A stretch of DNA of 64,000 nt from Nibricoccus sp. (GCA_047602425.1 JASGHG010000001.1:4192001-4256000); one strand, 5' to 3'; positions 18,443-28,672 are shown, counted from the first letter of the stretch. Notes: generated by a model from the sequence alone, not told the origin. Numbers and translations: made by a program.

Positions 18443-19213
18443 TCAAAGCCGGCGGTAATCGCCGCGGCTGAAATATTTTTCGAGCCAGATGTAGGCGCAG
18501 ATAAAAAAATAACGGCTGCCCATTTCCTTGATCTTAAGTTTGGCTACGCCGTGCTTGCGGTTCTTCCACGAAATGGGGGCGACCGCCCACGAATAGCCGC
18601 GCACGATGGCCTTGAGCGGAAGCTCGACCGTGAGGTTGAAATGCGGCGAGAGCAGGGGACGGCAACCGTCGATCACTGTGCGGCGGTAGGCCTTAAACGC
18701 GTTGGTGGTGTCGTTGAGGCCGTGGCGAAACCCGAGCCGGACAAGGAAATTGGCGAGACGGTTAACACGAAGCTTGAGCCACGGATAGTCGACGACCTGA
18801 CTGCCTTTCATGAAACGACTACCGAAGGCGCATTCGTAGCCTTGGTCATTGAGGAGACGCCAATAGGTGATCGCGTCGGCCGGTGAATCGGAGGCATCCG
18901 CCATCATGATGACACAGGCGTCGCCCCTCATGGCATTGAGGCCGAAGATGATCGCGCGGCCGAAGCCATGAGGGCCGGGATTTTGCACCGGTGCCAAAGT
19001 CGGAATTTCGGCCTTGAGCGATTGTAGTACGGACCAGGTTTTGTCCGAACTGCCGTCGTCGATCACGACGATCTCATGGGGAATGTTGACGGCGGTGAAC
19101 GCGGAGTGGATTTCCCGCAGCGTTTCCGGAAGCGATTCCTCCTCGTCGCGGGCCGGAATGATCACCGAATAGAGCGAGAGTGTGCCTGGCGGATGTTTTG
19201 GCGGTGGCTGCAT
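18443..19213 (-). CDS. GT2 glycosyltransferase (polyprenol-phosphate sugar synthase, DPM1-like)
   Basis: VIIPARDEE, IDDGSSD, MADASD, GSRF and DTTNAFKAYR. Confidence 0.9.
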   Translation of the reverse strand: MQPPPKHPPGTLSLYSVIIPARDEEESLPETLREIHSAFTAVNIPHEIVVIDDGSSDKTWSVLQSLKAEIPTLAPVQNPGPHGFGRAIIFGLNAMRGDACVIMMADASDSPADAITYWRLLNDQGYECAFGSRFMKGSQVVDYPWLKLRVNRLANFLVRLGFRHGLNDTTNAFKAYRRTVIDGCRPLLSPHFNLTVELPLKAIVRGYSWAVAPISWKNRKHGVAKLKIKEMGSRYFFICAYIWLEKYFSRGDYRRL

Positions 19214-19228
19214 GATCGGTTAAGAAGG

Positions 19229-20299
19229 TCAGCGCGGGGCGGAAAGGTCGAGCCAGTTTGAATTTGCGGCGGCATGCGCGGCGATCTCCGAAAGAATCGC
19301 ATCTGTGTTGGTCTGCGGATGCCAACCCCAGATACGGGCAGCCTTGGCGGAATCGAGAATCATCCAGGGGATGTCGAAGGGACGGGGTGTGTTGTCGGTG
19401 GCGATAGGGTTGGGACCAAATTTCGCATCGCACCAATCGGTCAACTGGCGAAGCGAGCGGGCGGAAGCGGTACCGCCGGAGCAATTGACGATCCGGTCGT
19501 CAACCGGAAGGCGTGGCGAGACGAATTGCTTTTCGAGGAGCGGCAGCAAATCGCGCGGGTGCAGACAGTCGCGGACTTGATAACCATGCCCTCCGAAACC
19601 GATGTATTTGAGCGGTCGGCGGCGCAGGTGACTGTTGATCCAGTAGGCAAAAATGCCCTGATCGGCCCGACCGAACTGGCCGGCACCAGCAAGGACGCCG
19701 CACCGGTTGATGAAGACAGGCAAATTGAACGTTTCGCCGTATTCGAGCGCGAGCGCTTCGGATGCGAGTTTGGTCGCGCCGTAAAGCGAGACGGGAGCTT
19801 GCGTGCTGAAAGTTTCGTCTACCCCGGCGGCGGTCAGCCCGGGGGGCAGACTGCGCGTCGTCGATGATGGACAAAAGGCATGGGCGACGGCGTCGACCGC
19901 GAGATTGGCAAGTGGTGGAATTGAGTAGACCCGGCTGGTGCTGAGCAGGATGAAACCAGCGCGGTGTTGCTTGCAATATTCCAGCATATTGATCGTGCCG
20001 ACGAGGTTGTGATCGAGCAATTCGCGAGAACTTGTTTTGCCGTCTACACCGGCGAGCACGCTGGGATTGGCGGCGGCATCGATGACAAAATCACTGGCGG
20101 GCAAGGACTCCATAGCAGCGATGTCACGCAAATCGGCGGTGAGGACTTTTGCGCCGAGTTTCTGCAAAGGCTCGCGGTTGGTTTCGCTGCCGGGACGGAT
20201 GTAGTTATCGAAACCGATGACTTGATGTCCACGTGCGATAAGCTCACGGGCCAGGGCGCTGCCCACGAAACCGCAGATGCCTGTGATGAGGATACGCAT
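19229..20299 (-). CDS. NAD-dependent epimerase/dehydratase (CDP-paratose 2-epimerase-like)
   Basis: TGICGFVG, YGATK and QVRDCLH; extended SDR fold. Confidence 0.88.
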   Translation of the reverse strand: MRILITGICGFVGSALARELIARGHQVIGFDNYIRPGSETNREPLQKLGAKVLTADLRDIAAMESLPASDFVIDAAANPSVLAGVDGKTSSRELLDHNLVGTINMLEYCKQHRAGFILLSTSRVYSIPPLANLAVDAVAHAFCPSSTTRSLPPGLTAAGVDETFSTQAPVSLYGATKLASEALALEYGETFNLPVFINRCGVLAGAGQFGRADQGIFAYWINSHLRRRPLKYIGFGGHGYQVRDCLHPRDLLPLLEKQFVSPRLPVDDRIVNCSGGTASARSLRQLTDWCDAKFGPNPIATDNTPRPFDIPWMILDSAKAARIWGWHPQTNTDAILSEIAAHAAANSNWLDLSAPR

Positions 20300-20321
20300 G
20301 AGATCGAGAGAAGGACAGTTA

Positions 20322-20470
20322 CACAGAGGGCACGAGAGGAGGAGCGGAGGTCACGGAGAAAGTGAGCCCACGTTGGATTTTTTGCATCCCGAAGCCCACA
20401 GCTGGCGTGGGGACGCTCGAATTGGGAAAGCGCCTCTCGGCCCTCGGTATTTCTCCCTGTGTTCTCTGTG
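20322..20470. repeat. Inverted CACAGAG-type repeat arms with a unique interior
   Basis: Four CACRGAG-like units per arm, with the same 9-12-9 spacing on both arms. Confidence 0.75.
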
Positions 20471-20488
20471 CAACCATTCCGAAAATTT

Positions 20489-21550
20489 TCATGCCTTTGG
20501 GCGGTTTTTCCACGCGTCGACGATTTGGCGGATGGTTTCTTCGAGCGATTGGGTGATGTCCCACGACGGATAATGGGTGCGCATTTTACGGAGGTCGGAA
20601 TAGTAGCAGATGTGGTCCCCAATGCGGTTCTGGTCGACGTAGGTAAAAACCTGGGGCTTGCCGGTGAATTTTTCGGCGATCTTGAAGGCTTCAAGAATCG
20701 ACGTGCTGTTGGCCTTGCCGCCGCCGAGATTGTAGACCTCACCGACACGCGGGGCGCCAACGAATGCGGCCATGAAACGGGCGACGTCGAGCGAGTGAAT
20801 GTTGTCGCGCACCTGTTTGCCCTTGTAACCGAAAACCTTGTACTCGCGGCCTTCGAGGTTACACTTTACGAGATAGCTGAGGAAGCCGTGGAGCTCGACG
20901 CCAGAATGGTTCGGGCCGGTGAGGCAACCGCCGCGCAGGCAGCAGGTCGGCAAATTGAAATAGCGGCCGTATTCCTGAACCATGACGTCAGCGGCGACTT
21001 TTGAGGCGCCGAAGAGTGAGTGCTTGGATTGGTCGATGGTGAAAGTTTCGGCGATGCCGTTTTCGTAAGCCGGATCGGCGTAGTCCCAACGGGTGGGAAG
21101 CTCCCGCAGCGCGATGGCATTGGGCGCATCGCCGTAAACTTTATTCGTGCTCATGTGCACGAACGGCGACTCGGGGCAGGCCTGACGGGCGGCTTCAAGG
21201 AGATTAAGCGTGCCCACGGCGTTGGTGTCGAAATCGTCGAACGGAATCGCGGCGGCGCGATCGTGCGAAGGCTGGGCCGCGGTGTGAACGATAGCGGCGG
21301 GTTTAAGCTGTTTAACCAGTGCGAGGACTCCCGCGCGGTCACGAATATCGAGCTCGTGATGTTGAAATCCCGGAAGATCCTTGATGAGGCGTTGCTGGTT
21401 CCAGCGTGTATCGCCTTGAGCACCGAAAAACACGGCACGCTGATTATTGTCGACACCGTGGACGGTGTAACCGAGCTCCCGCGCGAAATACACACAGACT
21501 TCGGATCCGATTAGTCCGGATGAACCAGTGACAAGGAGAATTTTGGACAT
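20489..21550 (-). CDS. NAD-dependent epimerase/dehydratase (CDP-paratose 2-epimerase-like)
   Basis: [29 protein letters not shown] and YNLGGG. Confidence 0.9.
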   Translation of the reverse strand: MSKILLVTGSSGLIGSEVCVYFARELGYTVHGVDNNQRAVFFGAQGDTRWNQQRLIKDLPGFQHHELDIRDRAGVLALVKQLKPAAIVHTAAQPSHDRAAAIPFDDFDTNAVGTLNLLEAARQACPESPFVHMSTNKVYGDAPNAIALRELPTRWDYADPAYENGIAETFTIDQSKHSLFGASKVAADVMVQEYGRYFNLPTCCLRGGCLTGPNHSGVELHGFLSYLVKCNLEGREYKVFGYKGKQVRDNIHSLDVARFMAAFVGAPRVGEVYNLGGGKANSTSILEAFKIAEKFTGKPQVFTYVDQNRIGDHICYYSDLRKMRTHYPSWDITQSLEETIRQIVDAWKNRPKA

Positions 21551-21577
21551 GAGTTGGCGTTGAGAAGACGAACCGTT

Positions 21578-23449
21578 CTATGGCAACGTGGGCTTTCGTC
21601 TACCCAAGAGCGGAAAGACGGTCAACGCGATGCTGATAAAAAAGAAAAGAGAAGCGGCGGCACGCAGCCAAGGAGCGACCGCGATGGCTCGGAAGGCGAG
21701 CAGGCTGAGGCGAGCCCACTCCGCTGGATTGGAGAAAGTGACGGTTCGGTCTTGATCGCAATGAGCAATCACGCGGAAAGGTTTGCCGGGATTTTTTATC
21801 CAAGCGATGCGGCGGCGTCCATTGGACTCAAAGGCGTGGTTTGTTATCGGTAGCTTTTGGCCCTCGCTGGTTTCTATGAAAAGTTCGCCATTTTTCAGGC
21901 CTGATGAGAGCGGAAGTTCAAACCTGAGATAAGGATATTGGCTTTGGAGGGGCAAGCTGACGAAGGTGCATGCCGGGAGGTTTGGCTTGGAGGAAATGCT
22001 CCATAGGGTGTCGGTATTGGTTTGGGTGGGGATTTTGTTGGCAAAATCGAAACCCGTCGTGCGAGAAGGGTCCGGAACGAGGGCGATTTTTTTGCGGACC
22101 GAGGCGGGAAGTATTTCCACCAACCGTGGCGAGCTTAGGACTTTTTCCAATCGCTCCGGCAGATAGTGCGGCAGTTCGGTCCACGGTTGCGCAGTCGAGA
22201 GCGAGACGGTTTTGCCTGAGACATAATTTTGGATGGTGGCCTCACGATTTGCATTCAATGAACCGAGAGCCTGAAGATGGCTTACGTAGAATACTTTAGT
22301 CGCAACGGAAAGCTCGCGACGAAGCGTGGCGAACCAAAGAACTGAAAGAAACGCGCAGACAATCAGCACGAATTTATTCAGCTGTTTTGAGACCGAAAAA
22401 ATCCACAACCAGGAAAGCAAACCGGCCAGTAAAAGGACACTCAGCGTATCGAAATACCTTGGAGAAAGGCCATTTTGCTCACCGCCGCGCGCATATGCCA
22501 GTAACACTATTTGCACGCTCCACCAAACCGAGATTCCGACGATCAAAGTGGCGAGTCTGTCGGTCATTTTTCCGACCCACCATCGCAGCGTTACGATGAA
22601 TACAGGGGCGAGGAAGAGTCCGGCAGACAACGCGAGCCGGAAATTGGTTTTGGTCACGCGGGTCGGCCAGGAAGCGAGGGCCAGCAGCGATTGAAAAAAA
22701 TTCTCCCAAGAATGGGCGCGCAGGGTTTCATGAATCGGCACGGAAGCCCGCAAAAAAAATCCGGCGACCACAACCAACGCGCACCACCCAAGGCCGGCCC
22801 ACTCCAATGCCGAGGGTTTGCGGCGGTCGACGAAGAGCCGCATAACGGTGATGAGCATGACCACTAGCGAGGAGGTGAAGCCGGAGGCCATCGCGAAAAG
22901 CCCGGCTGCTCCGGCAAGATGGCCAAGGTACCAGCCCAAGCTGCCGGGTCGGCACAACGTGGCGCCGGCAATATTCCACCCAGAGAACAACAAGATGAAA
23001 TAAAACTGGGACTGAAAGGCGGCCAGTGTGTTTTCCGCGTAAATAGGCAGGCTCAGAAGTGCGGCGGTGCCGACGGCGAAAAGGATGAGCGGGATTGAGG
23101 AGAGCCAGCGCGCCAGAAAGGCGACGAAGGCGGCGACAAGCGCGGCATGGAAAAGGGCGTTGACCACCGTTTGCAGGCGCGCGTCCCATTGGTCGTTCAA
23201 CGCGAGGAGGTCGAGGGAAAGGGCCCGCGTGAACACGATGCGGTGTTCGTTATGAGCGGTGAAGAAATCAGCGGGAGAAAGCCGGTTTTCCAACCAGGGA
23301 ACGTAGATATCGCGCGCCTCACCGTCCCATTGGTCGGCGAAGGGAAGGTCGGTACCGTAGTCTGCAATTAAGGTAAACTTCGTGCCAACCAGCCAAAAAA
23401 ACAATGCGATGCAAAGCCAGAACGCAGGGCGGCGAAGCAAATTAGGCAT
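21578..23449 (-). CDS. Multi-pass membrane protein, GT-C-like
   Basis: About 11-13 TM segments; N-terminal periplasmic loop DLPFADQWD...HNEHR; adjacent to the sugar genes. Confidence 0.7.
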   Translation of the reverse strand: MPNLLRRPAFWLCIALFFWLVGTKFTLIADYGTDLPFADQWDGEARDIYVPWLENRLSPADFFTAHNEHRIVFTRALSLDLLALNDQWDARLQTVVNALFHAALVAAFVAFLARWLSSIPLILFAVGTAALLSLPIYAENTLAAFQSQFYFILLFSGWNIAGATLCRPGSLGWYLGHLAGAAGLFAMASGFTSSLVVMLITVMRLFVDRRKPSALEWAGLGWCALVVVAGFFLRASVPIHETLRAHSWENFFQSLLALASWPTRVTKTNFRLALSAGLFLAPVFIVTLRWWVGKMTDRLATLIVGISVWWSVQIVLLAYARGGEQNGLSPRYFDTLSVLLLAGLLSWLWIFSVSKQLNKFVLIVCAFLSVLWFATLRRELSVATKVFYVSHLQALGSLNANREATIQNYVSGKTVSLSTAQPWTELPHYLPERLEKVLSSPRLVEILPASVRKKIALVPDPSRTTGFDFANKIPTQTNTDTLWSISSKPNLPACTFVSLPLQSQYPYLRFELPLSSGLKNGELFIETSEGQKLPITNHAFESNGRRRIAWIKNPGKPFRVIAHCDQDRTVTFSNPAEWARLSLLAFRAIAVAPWLRAAASLFFFISIALTVFPLLGRRKPTLP

Positions 23450-23769
23450 GATATTTGGTTAAACAGGAGCCGGATTCGTCGGATGGCAACGAGTGCACGT
23501 GGATGGTTGCGGAGAATAGCCGCAGTTGGCCGAGACCTGAACCGCACAGAAAGGTTCGCACAAAGTGACGCCGGTCCTTGAAATCGATCGGTTTGGACGA
23601 ACCGGTACCAAAGACGATTTTTGCCATGAAGGCTAGAAAGGAGGAAAAACCGCCGTTGTAAACCTTGGCGTGGAATGGGGCGTTAGCGCACGGAACCGGT
23701 AAAGAACGCCAAGAACTGTTGCTTCCTTGAACGTTGAAGGAATGCCCAAGCAGGTTCAGCGCATGCAAA

Positions 23770-25380
23770 CTAGTCTTCGATCGTGATCTGCTTGTAGGAG
23801 TACTGGTCGAGGAGGTTGGGATAGAGTCCTTTGACTTTGGGATTCAGAGCGAAGGGACGGGTGTAGTGATAGATTGGAATGATGGGGCACTCGTCGACCA
23901 AAATGGCATCCATTTTTTGGTAGATTTCAAAGCGTTCGGTTTCATCTTTTGCGGCAAGCGAGGCCTTGTAAAGTCGATCGTACTCGGCGTTGGACCAACC
24001 CGTTTGGTTGTTGCCGTTCCATGAGGTCCAAATTTCGAGGAACGTATTGGGATCGACGTAGTCGGCCACCCAGCCAGCGCGAGCCATCTGATAATTGAGC
24101 GTGATTTGCGAGTCCTGATAGACAGTCCACTCCTGATTCTGGAGATTGATTTCGACGCCGAGCTGGGTGCGCCACATGGCTTGCACAGCCTCGGCAATTG
24201 CGCGGTGGCCATCGTGCGTATTGTACAGTAGCGTGATAGGTGGAAAGCCTTTGCCGCCGGGATAGCCGGCTTCTGCGAGGAGGCGCTTCGCTTCGGTGAG
24301 TTCACCGTCTAGTTTGGCGCGCGGCGTGTACCCCGCGGTGCCGGGATAGCTCAGGGCGTAGGCAGGGATCTGTCCGGCACGCGTGACATTTTTCACCAGC
24401 GACTCACGATTGACGGCGAGGGCGAGGGCCTTGCGCACGCGTTTGTCGTTAAGCGGTGGTTTGGTAACGTTGCAGCGGTAGAAATAAACAGCGAGGAGCG
24501 GGCCGGTTTGAAAGGCTTCCGGATATTTCTTCCGGTAGACATCGATTTTCGAGATCGGGAGTTCGTTGGTTTTGTCGAGCTGACCGGAACGGAACATGCG
24601 TTCCTCGTTATTGAGATCCTCGGTGGCGTGGAATTCGATGGCATCGAGCTTGATGTTTGCGGCATCCCAGTAGTTTGGGTTGCGGACGACGACGAGTTTT
24701 TGGTTCGGCAACCATTCCGAGAGCATGAAGGGACCGCTGCAGACGAACCGGCCTGGCTTGGTCCAGTCGGTATTGCGCGAATCGAGGGGGCCATATTTTT
24801 CAATAACCTTGGTCGGTATCGCGAACCATGCATAGTGGCATGCGATGATTTTGAGGAGGAACGGAGTGGGATGGACGAGGCGGACCTCCAACGTAAGAGG
24901 GTCGATAGCCTTGAAGCCGACTTGGGAAAAATCCTTGATATCGCCTTTATAGTACGCGAGGGCGCCTTCGACGTAGTCGTAGAGCATATTGGCATACTCG
25001 GATGCGAGCGCGGAAGTGAGCATGCGCTTGTATGATTGGACGAAATCGTCGGCGGTGAGAGGCGCGCCATCGGACCACTTCAGGCCAGGACGCAGGTGAA
25101 AAGTGTAGACGAGGCCGTCGGCGGAAATATCCCACTTGTGCGCAAGGCCGGGGACGGGATGGAGATCTTTCGGATCTATTGTGACGAGGCCTTCAAAAAG
25201 GGACGTCAGAATGTGGTGTTCAGGGACACCGCTGACCGCATGAGGATCGATACCTTTGGGCTCGGTGCCGTTGCCGATGCGAAAAACCATCGGGGGCTTG
25301 GCGAGGGCGACGGTGGAAAGAAAAGCGAGTAAGAGCGAGCAGAGGACGGAACGGATTGGCATGCGAGAAAAGTCGAGCAT
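23770..25380 (-). CDS. Peptide ABC transporter substrate-binding protein (OppA-like)
   Basis: NGTEPKGIDP, LFEGLV, PGLAHKWDISADGLVYTFHLR and NPNYWD. Start is 25380 or 25362. Confidence 0.92.
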   Translation of the reverse strand: MLDFSRMPIRSVLCSLLLAFLSTVALAKPPMVFRIGNGTEPKGIDPHAVSGVPEHHILTSLFEGLVTIDPKDLHPVPGLAHKWDISADGLVYTFHLRPGLKWSDGAPLTADDFVQSYKRMLTSALASEYANMLYDYVEGALAYYKGDIKDFSQVGFKAIDPLTLEVRLVHPTPFLLKIIACHYAWFAIPTKVIEKYGPLDSRNTDWTKPGRFVCSGPFMLSEWLPNQKLVVVRNPNYWDAANIKLDAIEFHATEDLNNEERMFRSGQLDKTNELPISKIDVYRKKYPEAFQTGPLLAVYFYRCNVTKPPLNDKRVRKALALAVNRESLVKNVTRAGQIPAYALSYPGTAGYTPRAKLDGELTEAKRLLAEAGYPGGKGFPPITLLYNTHDGHRAIAEAVQAMWRTQLGVEINLQNQEWTVYQDSQITLNYQMARAGWVADYVDPNTFLEIWTSWNGNNQTGWSNAEYDRLYKASLAAKDETERFEIYQKMDAILVDECPIIPIYHYTRPFALNPKVKGLYPNLLDQYSYKQITIED

Positions 25381-25402
25381 AAGGCGCGCCGCGGCAAATG
25401 AA

Positions 25403-27067
25403 TCACTTGTTTTCCAAGTACACGTATTTGTAGGGGTGGTGGTCCAAAAGCGTGGGGTGCCAGCCTTTGACCGAGGGCTGAAGCAGGAAAACGTGCGTGT
25501 AGTGGTAAATGGGTATGAACGGAGCATCGTCGAGAACGAGCGCCTCGGCTTTCTGAAAGAGGGCGTCGCGGGTGGCTGAGTTACTGGTTCGGGCGGCTTC
25601 GAAAAGAAGTTGATCGAAGAGCGGATTTTTCCAACCGGTGAAATTGTTGCCACTATCGGAAGTCCAGATGCTGAGGAAGCTGAGGGGATCAATCGTATCG
25701 CCGATCCAGACGGAACGTAGAATTTGGAACGAGCCAGTGGTTCGGACTGCGAGCATGCTGCCATTTTCCTGGTTGCTCAGGCGGACTTCGAGGCCGAGTT
25801 CGCGGCGCCACATTTCCTGAATGGACTCGGCAACGGCGCGATGGCTTTCGGACGTGTTGAAAAGAAGTTCGATGGGCGGGGCGCCCTTGCCGCCGGGATA
25901 GCCTGCTTCAGTGAGGAGTGCGCGCGCGGCGTCGGCATCGGTCGGGATTTGAGTGGCAGGTGTATAGCCCGCGGTGCCGGGAGGAACGAATGCGCGCGCG
26001 GGAATCTGGCCGGCACGGAGGATTTTGTTGACGATGGCATCGCGATCTACGGCAAGCGAAAGGGCGCGACGCACGCGTCGGTCATTGAGGAAGGGGCGGT
26101 TGACGTTGATGCGGTAGAACTCGGTGCCGAGGAGCGTGTCGACGCGCAGGCGGCGTTGAGGATCGTCTCTCCACACATCGGCTTTGCCGGGTGGCAACGA
26201 CTCGGTGACATGCAACTGGTCGGAACGGAAGGCGCGCTCCTCGGTCTCGCGGCTTTCGCCGGCGTGGAGGTGGATTTCCTTCAGGCGAACGGTTGCGGCA
26301 TCCCAATAGAACGGCGACTTCACGAGGATCATCCGCTGGTTGAGATTCCATTCCTTGAGGGTGAAGGGGCCGTTGGAGACGATGTTGCCGGGCTTGGTCC
26401 ACGTATTGGCGCGGTCGTGCAGCGGACCATGTTTTTCGATGGTCGGCGTGTGCACCGGCATGAACGGAGCGAGCGTGAGGAGCGACAGAAAATTGCGCTC
26501 GGTGTGTTCGAGTTTGATCTGGAGAGTATGGGCATCGATTGCGGAAACGCCGACTTGGGAGAAATCGGCGAGTTTACCTTTATGAAAAGGTTCGGCTTGT
26601 TCGATGACGTAGAGCAAGCTCGCATAGTGCGCGCCGAGCGGGGCGGTGAGAATACGTTTGAAGGAGGCGACAAAATCCTGGGCCGTGACAGGTTCGCCGT
26701 TGGACCATTTGGCATTGGCGCGGAGGTGAAAAATGTAGCGCAGGCCGTCGGGAGAGATGTCCCAACTCTCGGCGACGCCGGGCACGGGGTGCAGGTCGAC
26801 GGGATCCTCGGTGACGAGCCCTTCGAATAGCGCATGGAGTGCGGCGTAATCGTTGGCTACGGTCGATAGTTGGGGATCGAGCTGCGAGATGTCGGGGCTG
26901 ATACCACGATGGAGAATTTGCTCGCGATTGCCGCGCTGGACAGGTGTCTCGCGCGGGGAGCAGGCGGCGAAGAGAAGAAGGGCTGAAAGGCTGAAGAGCT
27001 GAAGGGCGGATGCCAGAGGTCGGAAGCCGGAGGCCAGATGCCGGAGAATAGCGGGCTGGCGGAGCAC
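25403..27067 (-). CDS. Peptide ABC transporter substrate-binding lipoprotein (OppA-like); frame open to 27403
   Basis: PGVAESWDISPDGLRYIFHLR and a FAAC lipobox. Candidate in-frame starts are GTG 27067, ATG 27271 and ATG 27403. Confidence 0.88.
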   Translation of the reverse strand: MLRQPAILRHLASGFRPLASALQLFSLSALLLFAACSPRETPVQRGNREQILHRGISPDISQLDPQLSTVANDYAALHALFEGLVTEDPVDLHPVPGVAESWDISPDGLRYIFHLRANAKWSNGEPVTAQDFVASFKRILTAPLGAHYASLLYVIEQAEPFHKGKLADFSQVGVSAIDAHTLQIKLEHTERNFLSLLTLAPFMPVHTPTIEKHGPLHDRANTWTKPGNIVSNGPFTLKEWNLNQRMILVKSPFYWDAATVRLKEIHLHAGESRETEERAFRSDQLHVTESLPPGKADVWRDDPQRRLRVDTLLGTEFYRINVNRPFLNDRRVRRALSLAVDRDAIVNKILRAGQIPARAFVPPGTAGYTPATQIPTDADAARALLTEAGYPGGKGAPPIELLFNTSESHRAVAESIQEMWRRELGLEVRLSNQENGSMLAVRTTGSFQILRSVWIGDTIDPLSFLSIWTSDSGNNFTGWKNPLFDQLLFEAARTSNSATRDALFQKAEALVLDDAPFIPIYHYTHVFLLQPSVKGWHPTLLDHHPYKYVYLENK

Positions 27068-27380
27068 GGTAGTGCGGAGGTGGTGAGCCGCGCGGTTTGC
27101 GTCAAGCGGCTCGCCCGAAGCGAAGCGGAGGGTTGTCGTAGCGGGCGCCCTCTGGGCGCGACGACAACAAAGGCTGAAGAGCTGAAGGGCGGATGCCAGA
27201 GGTCGGAAGCCGGAGGCCAGATGCCGGAAGCCGGAAATCGGAAGTCGGAAGTCGGAAGACTGGCGGAGCATGGTGGCGCGGAGCTGACGAGCCATGCGGT
27301 TTGCGTCATGGGGCTTGCTTAAGGCGAAACTTTCTTCGGCACGACGATGGCAAAGATGGAAAGGCTGAAGGGCCGAGAGG
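26986..27380. repeat. Tandemly duplicated promoter/start/signal-peptide unit with 7- and 8-mer repeats
   Basis: A 60-bp identical repeat at 26986-27045 and 27169-27228. A second homologous block at 27056-27114 and 27260-27318. A partial third copy near 27359. Confidence 0.9.
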
Positions 27381-27412
27381 AGACGGCGGAGGCGGACAGG
27401 CATGGGCGGAGA

Positions 27413-27892
27413 TTACTTTTTTTCGATCAAGCAGACGGCGTGCGCGGCGATGGCGAGGCCGCGGCCGATTTCGTCGATGCCTTCATTGGTCGTGGCTTTG
27501 AGGCCAATGCACTCGATGGGCAGGCCGGTGGAGGCGGCGAGGGCGGACTTCATTGCAGCAAGTTGCGGATAGATTTTTGGTTTTTCGGCAATGAGTGACG
27601 CGTCGATGTTGACGGGAGCGAAGCGTCGCTCGCGGAGAGCAGCGATCACGCGCTGGAGCAAGATCTGCGAATCGATATTTTTGTAGGCGGGATCGTGGTT
27701 TGGGAAAAAATGTCCGATGTCCGGAAGCCCCGCTGCACCGAGAAGTGCATCGCAAATGGCGTGGGTGAGGCAATCAGCGTCGGAATGGCCTTCGAGGCCG
27801 TAATCGACGTCGAATTTCACGCCGCCCAGGATCATGGGGCGTCCGCTGACGATGCGGTGAATATCGTAGCCGTGGCCGATGCGAAAGTTCAT
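27413..27892 (-). CDS. ispF: 2-C-methyl-D-erythritol 2,4-cyclodiphosphate synthase
   Basis: RIGHGYDIH, GHSDAD, DIGHFFP and KATTNE. Confidence 0.97.
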   Translation of the reverse strand: MNFRIGHGYDIHRIVSGRPMILGGVKFDVDYGLEGHSDADCLTHAICDALLGAAGLPDIGHFFPNHDPAYKNIDSQILLQRVIAALRERRFAPVNIDASLIAEKPKIYPQLAAMKSALAASTGLPIECIGLKATTNEGIDEIGRGLAIAAHAVCLIEKK

Positions 27893-27924
27893 GCGGAAGA
27901 TGCGGAGGCGGAGAATTTTTTAAC

Positions 27925-27949
27925 CACGGATTTCACGGATGACACGGAT
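27925..27949. repeat. 9-mer repeat arm (CACGGAT x3) between ispD and ispF
   Basis: AACCACGGATTTCACGGATGACACGGAT. Confidence 0.8.
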
Positions 27950-27994
27950 GGAAAGGCGTCCCGCTTCCTTGCGACGTGTTAGGGATCACGCGCC

Positions 27995-28672
27995 CTACCT
28001 CTGCGGATTCGCGAGCAGAAACTCCAAATACGCAAGGTCGGCCGGAGTGGTCAGCTTGGGGTTCGCGGTCGCGTTTTCGAGGAGGGCGACCGGGTGGTTG
28101 AGCAACTCGACGGCCGCGGCGTCGTCGGTGATGGAAAGTTCTTTTTCAACCACGCGGGCATAGGCGCGAGTGATGAGTTCTCGGGTAAAAACCTGCGGTG
28201 TCTCCATCGCCCAAAGATGTTCGCGATCGACGGTCTTGAGATGGCCGTTGCCAGAGTGCTGCTTTATGGTGTCGGTGACACGATGGGCCAGCACGGCGGC
28301 ATTCTCAATCTGGACGATTTTTAGGAGCGCAACGAGTTGTTCGGCTTTGATGAGTGGCCGGGCGCAGTCATGAATAAAAACATGGCCGATATCGGACGGC
28401 AGCGCCTCGAGGGCGTTGGCGACCGAGTGCTGGCGTTCGCGGCCGCCTTTCACGAAGACGGAGGGCGTGGGCGCATAGGCGGACAGTTCGGTCATCTGGC
28501 GCTGATCGCGGTAGACGATGGCGTAGAAATCGGCGACCCCGCTTTCGAGAAATGCGGCGACAGAATGCGCGAAGACGGGTTTGTCGGCGAGCGGGGCGAG
28601 CACCTTGTCGGTGACGAGGCCCTGCATGCGGCGCCCGCTACCGGCGGCGAGGAGAATGGCGGCGTTTCTCAT
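27995..28672 (-). CDS. ispD: 2-C-methyl-D-erythritol 4-phosphate cytidylyltransferase
   Basis: LAAGSGRRM, GGRERQHSV, IHDCARP, ETPQ and KLTTPADL. Confidence 0.96.
   Translation of the reverse strand: MRNAAILLAAGSGRRMQGLVTDKVLAPLADKPVFAHSVAAFLESGVADFYAIVYRDQRQMTELSAYAPTPSVFVKGGRERQHSVANALEALPSDIGHVFIHDCARPLIKAEQLVALLKIVQIENAAVLAHRVTDTIKQHSGNGHLKTVDREHLWAMETPQVFTRELITRAYARVVEKELSITDDAAAVELLNHPVALLENATANPKLTTPADLAYLEFLLANPQR

Noticed and set aside
23442..23768. 108-aa ORF between oppA and the membrane protein
   Set aside because: It has no recognisable motif or convincing codon bias; probably intergenic.
25381..25764. N-terminal extension of the 664-aa OppA ORF
   Set aside because: It overlaps the upstream oppA in another frame; the signal peptide starts near 25380.
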